Assembly: GCA_030594675.1 (NCBI GenBank)
Contig: JAUVES010000001.1
Location: 1-49,721, forward strand
Reading direction: 5' to 3'
Origin: Candidatus Nanohaloarchaea archaeon
GTDB taxonomy: Archaea > EX4484-52 > GLR71
Length of the DNA: 49,721 nucleotides
Within the stretch, counting starts at the first letter, position 1. Every line of letters starts with the position of its first letter. Of the stretch, positions 7,856 to 15,864 are shown piece by piece. The notes under the pieces are model-generated. The model made no database searches, had not been told where the DNA came from, and saw only the letters and a program-made list of their open reading frames with translations. Both the position numbers and the translations under genes were made by a program.

Positions 7856-8179
7856 ATGTTAAAACAAGTAGAATATGAAAAGTTAATAGGGAAAACTATA
7901 GAAAAAATACAGCATATAAATTCATATCAGTTGATTATAACAACCGAGAAGTCTTTTACAGTGTTAGCTTCAGCAACTGGTTATGAAGGCGAAGATGTTA
8001 TAATTAACGAGTTTATAACTTCTTGTGATATATTAGATAACAATTTAGAAATTATTAAGGCAGGAGTTTGTACAGAAAATGAAATTAATAAAATGGCCAG
8101 AACAGACAAGTTAGAAAAAATCAAAAGAGAGAAAATTACTCTCCAAAGACTAAAAACTAAATATGAGACTGAGAGTTAA
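7856..8179 (+). CDS. Hypothetical protein (paralogue of 7384..7662)
   Basis: MLKQV...LIGKTI. Confidence 0.7.
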   Translation: MLKQVEYEKLIGKTIEKIQHINSYQLIITTEKSFTVLASATGYEGEDVIINEFITSCDILDNNLEIIKAGVCTENEINKMARTDKLEKIKREKITLQRLKTKYETES

Positions 8180-8202
8180 AAGCAAGAAAGCTTAAATCTA
8201 AC

Positions 8203-8225
8203 CTACGTTCGGAAATTGAACAAAG
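8203..8225. repeat. 23-bp palindrome, copy 5 (CTACGTTC GGAAATT GAACAAAG)
   Basis: Consensus match; intergenic. Confidence 0.9.
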
Positions 8226-8257
8226 ATGCAGACGTTGTCTGCTTGGAGCTAAAAACT

Positions 8258-8575
8258 ATGACAAGCGAAGATAAGAAAGAAAAAACTATCCAAAAACAAA
8301 CTTTAAACAAAGAACTTTTAAAGCTTCAACTAAAAATGAAACTCGCTGTTAAGCTGATGCGAAGATATGAGTCTTTGTTCAGAGCTCTCAGAACTAGATA
8401 TGAAAAACTAGACAGAGAGCTTTTTGAATCTAATCCTGGAATAACAGTTGTGAAAGCGAAAAGAAAAACCACCGAAACTAAGATCTTCAGTGACTATGAC
8501 AAGATGTCTACTGATGAGCAGAAAAGTGCCCTTGCAAGACTTCTTGAAATTCAGGCAAATATGAAAGGAAGCTAA
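8258..8575 (+). CDS. Coiled-coil hypothetical protein
   Basis: GGAG RBS before MTSED. Confidence 0.65.
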   Translation: MTSEDKKEKTIQKQTLNKELLKLQLKMKLAVKLMRRYESLFRALRTRYEKLDRELFESNPGITVVKAKRKTTETKIFSDYDKMSTDEQKSALARLLEIQANMKGS

Positions 8576-8577
8576 AA

Positions 8578-8970
8578 ATGAGTAATAGAAAAACTACTTA
8601 TACAAAAAGAGAAACACTTAGACTCCATAAGAAAATGTGGAATTGGCTTGCTGAGAATTCTGAAAGGCAAAAAAGAGACTGGCCAGACTGGGAAGAGCTT
8701 CTAGTTATCAACGCTACGCATTGCTTAGCTTGCTTATATGACAATCAGAAAGGCTCAGTAACAGCAGCTAAGTGTCAAAACTGTCCAATAGATTGGGAGA
8801 TATCTAAAAGCCATCCTGAAGTACATGTCTATATGTGTGAAGCTTCCTTATATGGCTGCTGGAGACGCTTACCATTAGAAGATAAAAGAAGATCAATCCT
8901 AGCAAAAAAGATAGCAAATCTAATGCCTAAAAATCGTCTCAAAAAACACAGACATAAAAACTTACCATGA
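8578..8970 (+). CDS. Cys-rich hypothetical protein
   Basis: HKKMWNWLA, CLAC and CQNCP motifs. Confidence 0.7.
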   Translation: MSNRKTTYTKRETLRLHKKMWNWLAENSERQKRDWPDWEELLVINATHCLACLYDNQKGSVTAAKCQNCPIDWEISKSHPEVHVYMCEASLYGCWRRLPLEDKRRSILAKKIANLMPKNRLKKHRHKNLP

Positions 8971-8976
8971 TTTCTA

Positions 8977-9005
8977 TTGACACTATTGATAAGCTCAGAT
9001 ATAAT
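8977..9005 (+). promoter_or_regulatory. Consensus sigma70 promoter
   Basis: Perfect TTGACA-17 nt-TATAAT. Confidence 0.85.
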
Positions 9006-9066
9006 GGTTTAAATCATGAATAGGATTTTCATTAACCTAAAACAACTAAGAAAAAGGAGAACAACT

Positions 9067-9489
9067 ATGAGCGAAAACGAAGATCCGCAAGAAGCACCAG
9101 GAACAGAAGCAACAGTCATCTGTGACACCCAGAATCCAGATCCAGAAAATCCAGGCTCAGTTCAGATTACCGCAACTAAGGACAAGCAAGTAGCTAAGAT
9201 TTTCTATAACTTTGGGGCAGACCTTGAAAGCATGATAGAGCTCTTTGGTGACGAAATCGTCTTCAGTTATGCTAAAGGCCAAATGATCATTCGCCTCCAA
9301 GCTGCAATGCGTAGCCGTATGTCTGCCGGTGGAGATGTCGCAGGTCTTGAAGCCGAGTTCAAACCAGGAATTGCTCTGCCAAAAACTCCCAAAGACATGA
9401 ATAAAGCTACTGAAAGTTACTTTATGACTCTTTCAACTGAAGAGCAAGATGCAATGATAGCTAAGTTGATGGAAAAGAAAGGTGCCTAA
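9067..9489 (+). CDS. Hypothetical protein
   Basis: AAGGAG RBS before MSENE; downstream of the consensus promoter. Confidence 0.75.
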   Translation: MSENEDPQEAPGTEATVICDTQNPDPENPGSVQITATKDKQVAKIFYNFGADLESMIELFGDEIVFSYAKGQMIIRLQAAMRSRMSAGGDVAGLEAEFKPGIALPKTPKDMNKATESYFMTLSTEEQDAMIAKLMEKKGA

Positions 9490-9664
9490 AAAGGCATAGA
9501 GAGCTGCTCAGTAGTGATAAGGCTCACTTATCATGTAGGTTTTACTCCTACCTCCCTATGTTTTTTAAAAAAAGCAGTCTCGTCATAGGGATTGGCTCCG
9601 AAGACTCAAGACGTTCAGAACAGAACTAGCTCCTCTGTTACTTTTCCTGAGCGTTTTGAGTCTT
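9488..9664 (+). ncRNA. Putative structured intergenic RNA
   Basis: Multi-branch stem 9488-9566 and long stem 9601-9664. Confidence 0.4.
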
Positions 9665-9683
9665 TCTCAGAAAAGGAGAAAAG

Positions 9684-10571
9684 ATGGAAAAAAAGAAACG
9701 CACAAACATAATGCTCTGTTATCCCTTGGAAGAAAAACGTCTGCTCGAACCTAAATTCAATTGGAGCTTTCCTGTAATATGTCAACCAAAACTAGACGGT
9801 GTTCGTTGTAGAGCTCTCTGCAATGGCTCTCAAGATCCAGTTCTTTTATCTTCAACTGAAACTATAATCAAAAGCGTTCCTCACATAAATGAAGCTCTTG
9901 GACAACAAGACTTACATGCAGAATTAGATGGAGAGCTTTATATTCATGGAGAAAGCTTTGAGACAATAAATGGAATTGTTTCGAGAACTATAAATATTCA
10001 CGAAGATTACTATAAAATAAAACTATATGTTTTTGACACAGTTTCAGAAGCTTCTCAACTTGAGCGCCTAGTATATTTAAACAGCTATTGTAGTTTTAAA
10101 AGTCTTCCAATTAAAGTTGTTCAAAACAGCCTTGCATACTCGTTTCAAGATATAATGAGAGTCTATGAAGAGTTTCTATCTGACGGCTATGAAGGCATAA
10201 TCGTAAGACATCGTTTAGCTCCTTATATTCGACGGCGCTCAACATTCGTCTTAAAATTTAAGCCAAAAAAGAGCGATATCTATAAAATAACAGGTTTTCA
10301 CAGAATGCTAGACAAGAATGGCTTTCCAAAGAATCTTTTAGGAGCCCTTACATGCACATCAGACGAAGGTACTGAGTTTTCTGTTGGAAGTGGTATGAGT
10401 GAAGAGTTTAGAAATTACTATTGGAAAAATGCTCCAGATCTTCTTGGAAAGTATTGTAAAATCTCCTATCAACACATGACTTCAAAGGGCTCTCCGAGGT
10501 TTCCAATATTCGTAAGTATATTAAATGAGAATCCAGAGGAAACTCTTGACATCGAAACAGGAATACTATAA
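9684..10571 (+). CDS. ATP-dependent DNA ligase
   Basis: KLDGVR adenylation motif, LDGELY, EGIIVR, KFK, C-terminal OB-fold PRFP. Confidence 0.93.
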   Translation: MEKKKRTNIMLCYPLEEKRLLEPKFNWSFPVICQPKLDGVRCRALCNGSQDPVLLSSTETIIKSVPHINEALGQQDLHAELDGELYIHGESFETINGIVSRTINIHEDYYKIKLYVFDTVSEASQLERLVYLNSYCSFKSLPIKVVQNSLAYSFQDIMRVYEEFLSDGYEGIIVRHRLAPYIRRRSTFVLKFKPKKSDIYKITGFHRMLDKNGFPKNLLGALTCTSDEGTEFSVGSGMSEEFRNYYWKNAPDLLGKYCKISYQHMTSKGSPRFPIFVSILNENPEETLDIETGIL

Positions 10572-10573
10572 AC

Positions 10574-10596
10574 CTATGTTCAAAATTTGAACGAAG
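10574..10596. repeat. 23-bp palindrome, copy 6 (CTATGTTC AAAATTT GAACGAAG)
   Basis: Consensus match; intergenic. Confidence 0.9.
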
Positions 10597-10606
10597 AGAG
10601 GTTAAG

Positions 10607-10807
10607 ATGAAAGCTAACGAAATAATAAGTAATATTAAGAGCATGATAGAAGATGAAAACCTTGAAGTAGGAAGGCGTCTTGCAAAACTGGATACCTTAC
10701 AATCTATTCTACATATGGCTCAGAAAGATGGATATATTGAGAAGAAAGAGAAAGCCCCTCCACCTCCCTTAAATCCAAAAGCATCTTTTGATAAGGAGAC
10801 TGTTTAA
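10607..10807 (+). CDS. Hypothetical protein
   Basis: GAGG RBS; 66 aa. Confidence 0.6.
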   Translation: MKANEIISNIKSMIEDENLEVGRRLAKLDTLQSILHMAQKDGYIEKKEKAPPPPLNPKASFDKETV

Positions 10808-10809
10808 AC

Positions 10810-11067
10810 ATGAAAATCTTTAATGATTTCAAAAAACTTTGGATAGATAAAAAAGGTATAATAGAAGGTAAGATAGAAGTAGAAATAACTAATATTATGC
10901 CAAGAAAAGATGACTTATCATCAGTAGCCGTAAAGATATATGTAAAGGATGATGAAGATGCTAAACTTATGACATTTGGTCCTTGGGAGCTGTCTAAAGG
11001 AGATACAATGATACTGAAAGGACTAAAAGTTTCAATAGAAGTTAACCTAAGTTCCGATAGAAGCTAA
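10810..11067 (+). CDS. Hypothetical protein (paralogue of 13258..13509)
   Basis: AGGAG RBS; shared motifs with 13258..13509. Confidence 0.65.
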   Translation: MKIFNDFKKLWIDKKGIIEGKIEVEITNIMPRKDDLSSVAVKIYVKDDEDAKLMTFGPWELSKGDTMILKGLKVSIEVNLSSDRS

Positions 11068-11100
11068 ACTAGAAGGCAATTAACGAAAAGGAATCTAAAC

Positions 11101-11352
11101 ATGAGTTTACAAAGCCAAGTACCTGGAAACGGAAAGCCAGCAATGCCTAAAATTCCATTGGAAGAAATTCCTCTTCACAGATGCATAAAATGTTCTCACA
11201 CTGGTTTTATTGGCGGAGTCGAACTGAGACCAGTTTCAAAAATCATCTCAGCGTCAGGCCAAGACGAAGTAATGCAGACAAGAATTCTCGTATGTACTAT
11301 GTGCGGAGCTAAAGTCCTACAAGCGGATTTATTCGGAGGTAAAAATGACTAA
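11101..11352 (+). CDS. Zinc-ribbon protein
   Basis: CIKC...CTMCG. Confidence 0.7.
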   Translation: MSLQSQVPGNGKPAMPKIPLEEIPLHRCIKCSHTGFIGGVELRPVSKIISASGQDEVMQTRILVCTMCGAKVLQADLFGGKND

Positions 11353-11833
11353 GACAGAAAGAAGATTCTGGTCTTTGGTAAAAAGACACACACCTGAAGG
11401 CTGTTGGATCTTTGGAAGTGGAAATATAAATGACTATGGAACTTTTGGAGTAGCTAGCAAAAGCATAAAAGCACATCGCTTCGCTTGGGAGTTTCATCAT
11501 AAGTGTAAAGTTCCAAAAGGAATGTATATTTTACATAAGTGCGATAATCCCAAGTGTGTTAATCCAGATCACTTGTACTGTGGAAATCAGTTTGATAATA
11601 TGGAAGACAGAAAGCTAAGTGGCAATTTTAAGATAACAAATCCTGCAAAATATGCAAACAGAGTAAAACTAAGTAGCAAGGATGTTAAGTCAATAAAAGA
11701 ACTTTATGCAACAGGTGATTTTACTCGCGCAAAACTTGGAAAACTATTCAATATAAGCCCATCCGTAATTCAAGGACATCTTTCAGGAAGACTTAAACAT
11801 ACAATAGATTCTTATAGGAGTTCTAATGCCTAA
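11345..11833 (+). CDS. HNH homing-type endonuclease
   Basis: AHRFAW...ILHKCDNPKCVNPDHL...N motif plus a C-terminal HTH-like region. Confidence 0.9.
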   Translation: MTKTERRFWSLVKRHTPEGCWIFGSGNINDYGTFGVASKSIKAHRFAWEFHHKCKVPKGMYILHKCDNPKCVNPDHLYCGNQFDNMEDRKLSGNFKITNPAKYANRVKLSSKDVKSIKELYATGDFTRAKLGKLFNISPSVIQGHLSGRLKHTIDSYRSSNA

Positions 11834-12044
11834 AACTCCAAACATCTACGAAAGCTTAGTCAAGCTAACAACTACCAAAGATGAAAAAGCAGAACTTACA
11901 CTTTTGGCAAGTTTGGAAGATAAACCAAGAAATGAAAAACGTCAAATACGTAAGTTCTTAGATTGTCCTTGGGAGGAATATCAAAGACTGAGGAAGAAAT
12001 ATGCCAGAGTTCTTGAAAGATGGAAGAGGGAGAAAGAAAAATGA
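11826..12044 (+). CDS. Hypothetical protein
   Basis: AGGAG RBS; 72 aa. Confidence 0.6.
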   Translation: MPKTPNIYESLVKLTTTKDEKAELTLLASLEDKPRNEKRQIRKFLDCPWEEYQRLRKKYARVLERWKREKEK

Positions 12045-12262
12045 AAAATATATCAGAGTGTGTAAAAGAATCAAATGATATTGGTGAAGAAATACTGCGA
12101 ATAGAAGTTGAAATAAAATTGTTACAACAGGAAGTGATAAGATTAAAAGGAAAAAAAGAAGGTATTTGGTGGACTTTTCTATGTAAATCCTCTGAGACTA
12201 CTCCAGAATATCTTGCTGCTATAAATAAATTAAGAGAGAAGGTTACTAATGTCTTACTATGA
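12041..12262 (+). CDS. Hypothetical coiled-coil protein
   Basis: ATGA overlap; GGAG RBS. Confidence 0.55.
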   Translation: MKNISECVKESNDIGEEILRIEVEIKLLQQEVIRLKGKKEGIWWTFLCKSSETTPEYLAAINKLREKVTNVLL

Positions 12263-13256
12263 CAAAACCTTAAACTATCCAGTTCCTGTCAACGAAACCT
12301 GGCAGATACAAGACAGTTCTAAAGTCAAAACTGCTATGAGTTGCTGGCGTCAATATTTCTTCGAGCATGTGCTTGGTTGGAGAATTGACCGCCCTAACAT
12401 ACACCTGATATTTGGATCTGCATGGCACGAAGCCTTAGCGTTTCTGCATCTTGAGGGCTTTGAAAACAAGAACGTCAGAGAAGCTTATAATAAGCATTTC
12501 TTACCTTACTATCGTCAGTTTATAGATCCAGATGAAGACGAAATTTATCTGCCTAAGACGCCTGAGCGTGCTTATCTGGCTCTTGCAGCTTATTGTATTC
12601 GCAGACAGCGAGATGCCCGAGACTATTCTGTCGTCTATCACGACGGTAAGCCTATGATTGAGATAGGTGGAAAAATAAACCTTAGCGACAAACGCCAGAT
12701 CAGCTTTCGGATGGACACGATTCTTAAAGGACCTAGAGGCATTATTTCTCGTGAACACAAGACCGGAAGCTCTACGTGGAACTGGGATATTCAGTGGCAC
12801 CTAAGTGTTCAAATCGGAACTTACAGCCACGTCCTTTATTGTCTTTATCCAGAAAACGAAGTTGCTGGCGTGATAGTCGATGGAACGTTCTTCAAGAAGA
12901 CTAAACCCAATGCCAAACTTGATGCTAAAGACCCTTTGCGCCACTTCGATTTTTTATCAGTGCCGATTTACAAATCTCCTGCAGCTATGAATGCTTGGCT
13001 CAATAACACTCTTTGGTGGCTAGACATGACGGAGTGGAACTTCAACATGCTCGCAGAGTGCTCAGACAGCGACGATGTTTTGCATGCTTTTCCTCAGAAT
13101 CCAGAAAGTTGCACAAAGTTCTTTGGCTGTGATTATCTGCCTTTCTGTATGGCTTGGGCTAATCCGTTGAGACATATAGACAAAGTTCCAATCGGCTTTA
13201 AAGTTGAGTTTTGGAATCCCCTGGATGAGCCGGTTACAGTTGAATTGGAGGTCTAA
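12249..13256 (+). CDS. PD-(D/E)XK (Cas4/RecB-like) exonuclease
   Basis: C-W-R-Q...FGSAWH, RMD...EHKT, Q..TY and C-terminal C..C..C cluster. Confidence 0.85.
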   Translation: MSYYDKTLNYPVPVNETWQIQDSSKVKTAMSCWRQYFFEHVLGWRIDRPNIHLIFGSAWHEALAFLHLEGFENKNVREAYNKHFLPYYRQFIDPDEDEIYLPKTPERAYLALAAYCIRRQRDARDYSVVYHDGKPMIEIGGKINLSDKRQISFRMDTILKGPRGIISREHKTGSSTWNWDIQWHLSVQIGTYSHVLYCLYPENEVAGVIVDGTFFKKTKPNAKLDAKDPLRHFDFLSVPIYKSPAAMNAWLNNTLWWLDMTEWNFNMLAECSDSDDVLHAFPQNPESCTKFFGCDYLPFCMAWANPLRHIDKVPIGFKVEFWNPLDEPVTVELEV

Positions 13257-13257
13257 A

Positions 13258-13509
13258 ATGGAAGTTTTTAATAAAATCAAAGGAAACTTAGAAATAGTCT
13301 TTACTAACTTAAGTAATGATAAAGTTTATTATAAGATCGGACTAGTAGACAAAGATGGAAATAATCTTGCTTATCATGCTAAAGGATGTGTTTCCCTCAA
13401 TGTTCCAGTAGTTTTAAAAGGTATTGATATTCGGATAGAAGCTTATATAGAAAAACAGAAACTTAAATTGAAAAGAAAGCCCGAAATAATTGAGAAGGAT
13501 AATAGCTGA
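13258..13509 (+). CDS. Hypothetical protein (paralogue of 10810..11067)
   Basis: GGAGG RBS before MEVFN. Confidence 0.65.
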   Translation: MEVFNKIKGNLEIVFTNLSNDKVYYKIGLVDKDGNNLAYHAKGCVSLNVPVVLKGIDIRIEAYIEKQKLKLKRKPEIIEKDNS

Positions 13510-13513
13510 AAAA

Positions 13514-13606
13514 ATGCCTACAAAAATAGAAAAATGTTTAAAGTTAATCGTAAACTACTTATTTATAATAACTGCTGGAGTTGCAGTAGTTCTAATTTTA
13601 AAATAG
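13514..13606 (+). CDS. 30-aa membrane peptide
   Basis: MPTKIEKCLKLIVNYLFIITAGVAVVLILK fills the intergenic gap. Confidence 0.4.
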   Translation: MPTKIEKCLKLIVNYLFIITAGVAVVLILK

Positions 13607-13630
13607 ATTTTAAGTTTAGTCTAAAAGGAG

Positions 13631-14500
13631 GTGATTAAAATCGGAACACTTTTAGAAATTAAAAAACAAGCAGCTGAAATCAAGCGAATGTATGAAGAAG
13701 ATCCCCGAACCAAGACATTCAATGCTCTTATCTATGGATCTTTGAAAACTGGAAAGACCAGCATTCTCAGAACATGCCCTAAGCCAGTTTTAGTTCATTC
13801 TTTTGATCCATCTGGAACTCTTGTCCTTCGGGATCTAATTGAGAAAGGAGAAATTCTCGCTGACACTAGGTTTGAGCATGAAGATCCTTTTAAACCTTCC
13901 GCATGTCAGTTATGGGAAAAAGAATTCAACTATCTTTATCGAAAAGAATTCTTCAAACATGTAGGAACCTTCGCAATAGATTCAATGACTACCTGGGCAA
14001 GCATAATCATGAACGAAGTTATAAGACGAGCAGCTAAGACTAAGAAGAATCGTGAGATTGGTGGAGCTCCTCAACAACAAGACTGGCTCCTCCAGATGAG
14101 TTTCATAGAAAATTATACTCGGAAGTTCCTAAGCCTTCCCTGTCACTGTGTCTTACTCGGCCATGCAGATCAACAAAAAGATGAAAATGGAGCTAATGTC
14201 GGCGACTTAAGTATTATGATTACAGGTAAGTTAAGAGAGCGAATTCCAGCTCTTTTCAGCGAGATATATTACTTAAGAATTAAGGACTACAAACAGGGAA
14301 CTAGAGAACTTCTAACCCAGCAAGTTTATGGAGTTCAGGCAGGTTCAAGACTTGGTTTTGGTGGAAAGCTGGAAAAAACCGAGCCGCCAGATATAAAGAA
14401 AATAATGGCTAAGTGTGGCTTAGACACCAGTGATAAGCCGCTTTTCAGTGAACTAGAATATGAAGAAGAAACAATAACCACAACCGCAACTAACACTTAA
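13631..14500 (+). CDS. AAA_24 / Sak4-like ATPase (recombination)
   Basis: Walker A GSLKTGKT, AIDS Walker B; located between the exonuclease and the SSB. Confidence 0.82.
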   Translation: MIKIGTLLEIKKQAAEIKRMYEEDPRTKTFNALIYGSLKTGKTSILRTCPKPVLVHSFDPSGTLVLRDLIEKGEILADTRFEHEDPFKPSACQLWEKEFNYLYRKEFFKHVGTFAIDSMTTWASIIMNEVIRRAAKTKKNREIGGAPQQQDWLLQMSFIENYTRKFLSLPCHCVLLGHADQQKDENGANVGDLSIMITGKLRERIPALFSEIYYLRIKDYKQGTRELLTQQVYGVQAGSRLGFGGKLEKTEPPDIKKIMAKCGLDTSDKPLFSELEYEEETITTTATNT

Positions 14501-14521
14501 AAAGAAGGGAGAACTAAAACT

Positions 14522-14953
14522 ATGGATTCATTTCTTGATCTAACAGAAGAAAAACTTGACGATGCAAAGGAGCCAACAGCTGTCGAGGAGGGAGAATATA
14601 CTCTTCGTATTGCTGACTGGCGAACAAGCAAAGACAACAACGTGGTAGCACTTGACAAGAACGATCAGCCTTACATGATGCCAATCTTGGAAGTAATTGA
14701 ATGCGAAGAAGCAGAACATGCCAAAACTATTTCGCATTTCTTAAGAATTCCAAATTCTGAAATGAATGCAAAAGACCAAAACAACGCTAAGTGGAATCTC
14801 AAGGCCTTCTGCGAATGCTTCGGTATTGACTACACGCAAAGGATTGACTTTGAGGAATGCTTAGGTCTGACCGGTGATGCACTGCTTTTTGTTGCCGAAG
14901 ACACAGGCTATGGAGAACAAAACAAGGTTCGTAAGTTCTTGACTCCACGTTAG
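14522..14953 (+). CDS. DUF669-like single-stranded DNA-binding protein
   Basis: EGEYTLRI...LKAFCECFGI...NKVRKF; follows the Sak4-like gene. Confidence 0.7.
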   Translation: MDSFLDLTEEKLDDAKEPTAVEEGEYTLRIADWRTSKDNNVVALDKNDQPYMMPILEVIECEEAEHAKTISHFLRIPNSEMNAKDQNNAKWNLKAFCECFGIDYTQRIDFEECLGLTGDALLFVAEDTGYGEQNKVRKFLTPR

Positions 14954-15000
14954 AACAAAGGGAGACAGGAACGACAATTAGCTCTTGTCTCCCTATGTTC
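14953..15000 (+). terminator. 18-bp hairpin after the SSB gene (terminator or processing stem)
   Basis: GAACAAAGGGAGACAGGA / TCTTGTCTCCCTATGTTC; no clear U-tract. Confidence 0.5.
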
Positions 15001-15015
15001 AAAAATCGAACGAAG
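14993..15015. repeat. 23-bp palindrome, copy 7 (CTATGTTC AAAAATC GAACGAAG)
   Basis: Consensus match. Confidence 0.9.
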
Positions 15016-15024
15016 GTAAAAACA

Positions 15025-15153
15025 ATGAAATCTAAATGGCAATGCTCAAAATGCAAAACAGTTATGACTTTTGACACAAACGTAGCAGAGCAAGATTTCA
15101 AATGCTCTCGCTGCGGAAACAGATATCTTGTGCCAATCAAGAAGAAGGAATAG
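15025..15153 (+). CDS. 42-aa zinc-ribbon protein
   Basis: WQCSKC...FKCSRCG; AAGG RBS. Confidence 0.65.
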   Translation: MKSKWQCSKCKTVMTFDTNVAEQDFKCSRCGNRYLVPIKKKE

Positions 15154-15157
15154 TAAA

Positions 15158-15358
15158 ATGATATATAAGAAAGCATTATTATATAAAAGTTATTCAAAAA
15201 AAGAAGATCCTGTCGAAACTGTTACAGTGCTGCCTATTGGAACAGTTGCTGATGATGATGGATCATATATAGCTATATCTGTAATAAGAAAAAATGGCGA
15301 AGTTATAGAAGTGGAGCATGATCGTATTAGATTTATAGATTTAGATAAGGAGACCTAA
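15158..15358 (+). CDS. Hypothetical protein
   Basis: AAGGA RBS before MIYKK. Confidence 0.6.
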   Translation: MIYKKALLYKSYSKKEDPVETVTVLPIGTVADDDGSYIAISVIRKNGEVIEVEHDRIRFIDLDKET

Positions 15359-15359
15359 A

Positions 15360-15605
15360 ATGTTTGGATATAGAATATTTTGGAAGCACAAAGATTTCAA
15401 AACTGACTCGAAAGGGCCGATTTTAAGACACTCAGAAAAAGGAAAAGTTAGAATTAAAACTGGCAAGCTTTTCACAAAACTTGAGGCAGCTGACGTTTGC
15501 GAGAGGTTTCAAAAAGCTGGCAAAAAGTATAAATCTAAAACTACCAAAGATAAAACTAAATATCTGCCAGTCGTAACTCATTGGGTTAGAGAAGTTTTAG
15601 TATAA
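15360..15605 (+). CDS. Basic hypothetical protein
   Basis: AGGAG RBS. Confidence 0.6.
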   Translation: MFGYRIFWKHKDFKTDSKGPILRHSEKGKVRIKTGKLFTKLEAADVCERFQKAGKKYKSKTTKDKTKYLPVVTHWVREVLV

Positions 15606-15621
15606 CTGTAAAGGACTCAGA

Positions 15622-15861
15622 ATGACTACAATCTTAGATCTCCAGCAATCAATCTCAACAATGTCCAAAGATCAACTTTTGGAACATATAAGAACAATCC
15701 GTTCGCTTAGAAGAATGATTCCAGAGAAAGCTGTGAGAAAAGCTAATGCAAAAAAGACGACTGGAAAAAAGAATCTAAGTATCAAAAATCATTTGGAAAC
15801 CCTAAGCGAAAATGAAAAACAAGCAATGATAGAGCTTTTACTTAAACGAAAGGGAGCCTAA
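15622..15861 (+). CDS. Hypothetical protein
   Basis: AAGGA RBS; directly upstream of the ParB-methyltransferase. Confidence 0.65.
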   Translation: MTTILDLQQSISTMSKDQLLEHIRTIRSLRRMIPEKAVRKANAKKTTGKKNLSIKNHLETLSENEKQAMIELLLKRKGA

Positions 15862-15864
15862 AGA

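Noticed and set aside
9488..9566. Cloverleaf-like fold as a tRNA
   Set aside because: No TTCRA T-loop, D-loop GG or CCA end, and the arm lengths are wrong
12803..12824. GTTC-AAATCG-GAAC as a 17th palindrome copy
   Set aside because: The spacer is 6 nt and the flanks do not match the consensus
12249..13256. Cas4-like nuclease as part of a CRISPR-Cas system
   Set aside because: No cas1/cas2 or array; it sits in the usual exonuclease-ATPase-SSB recombination module
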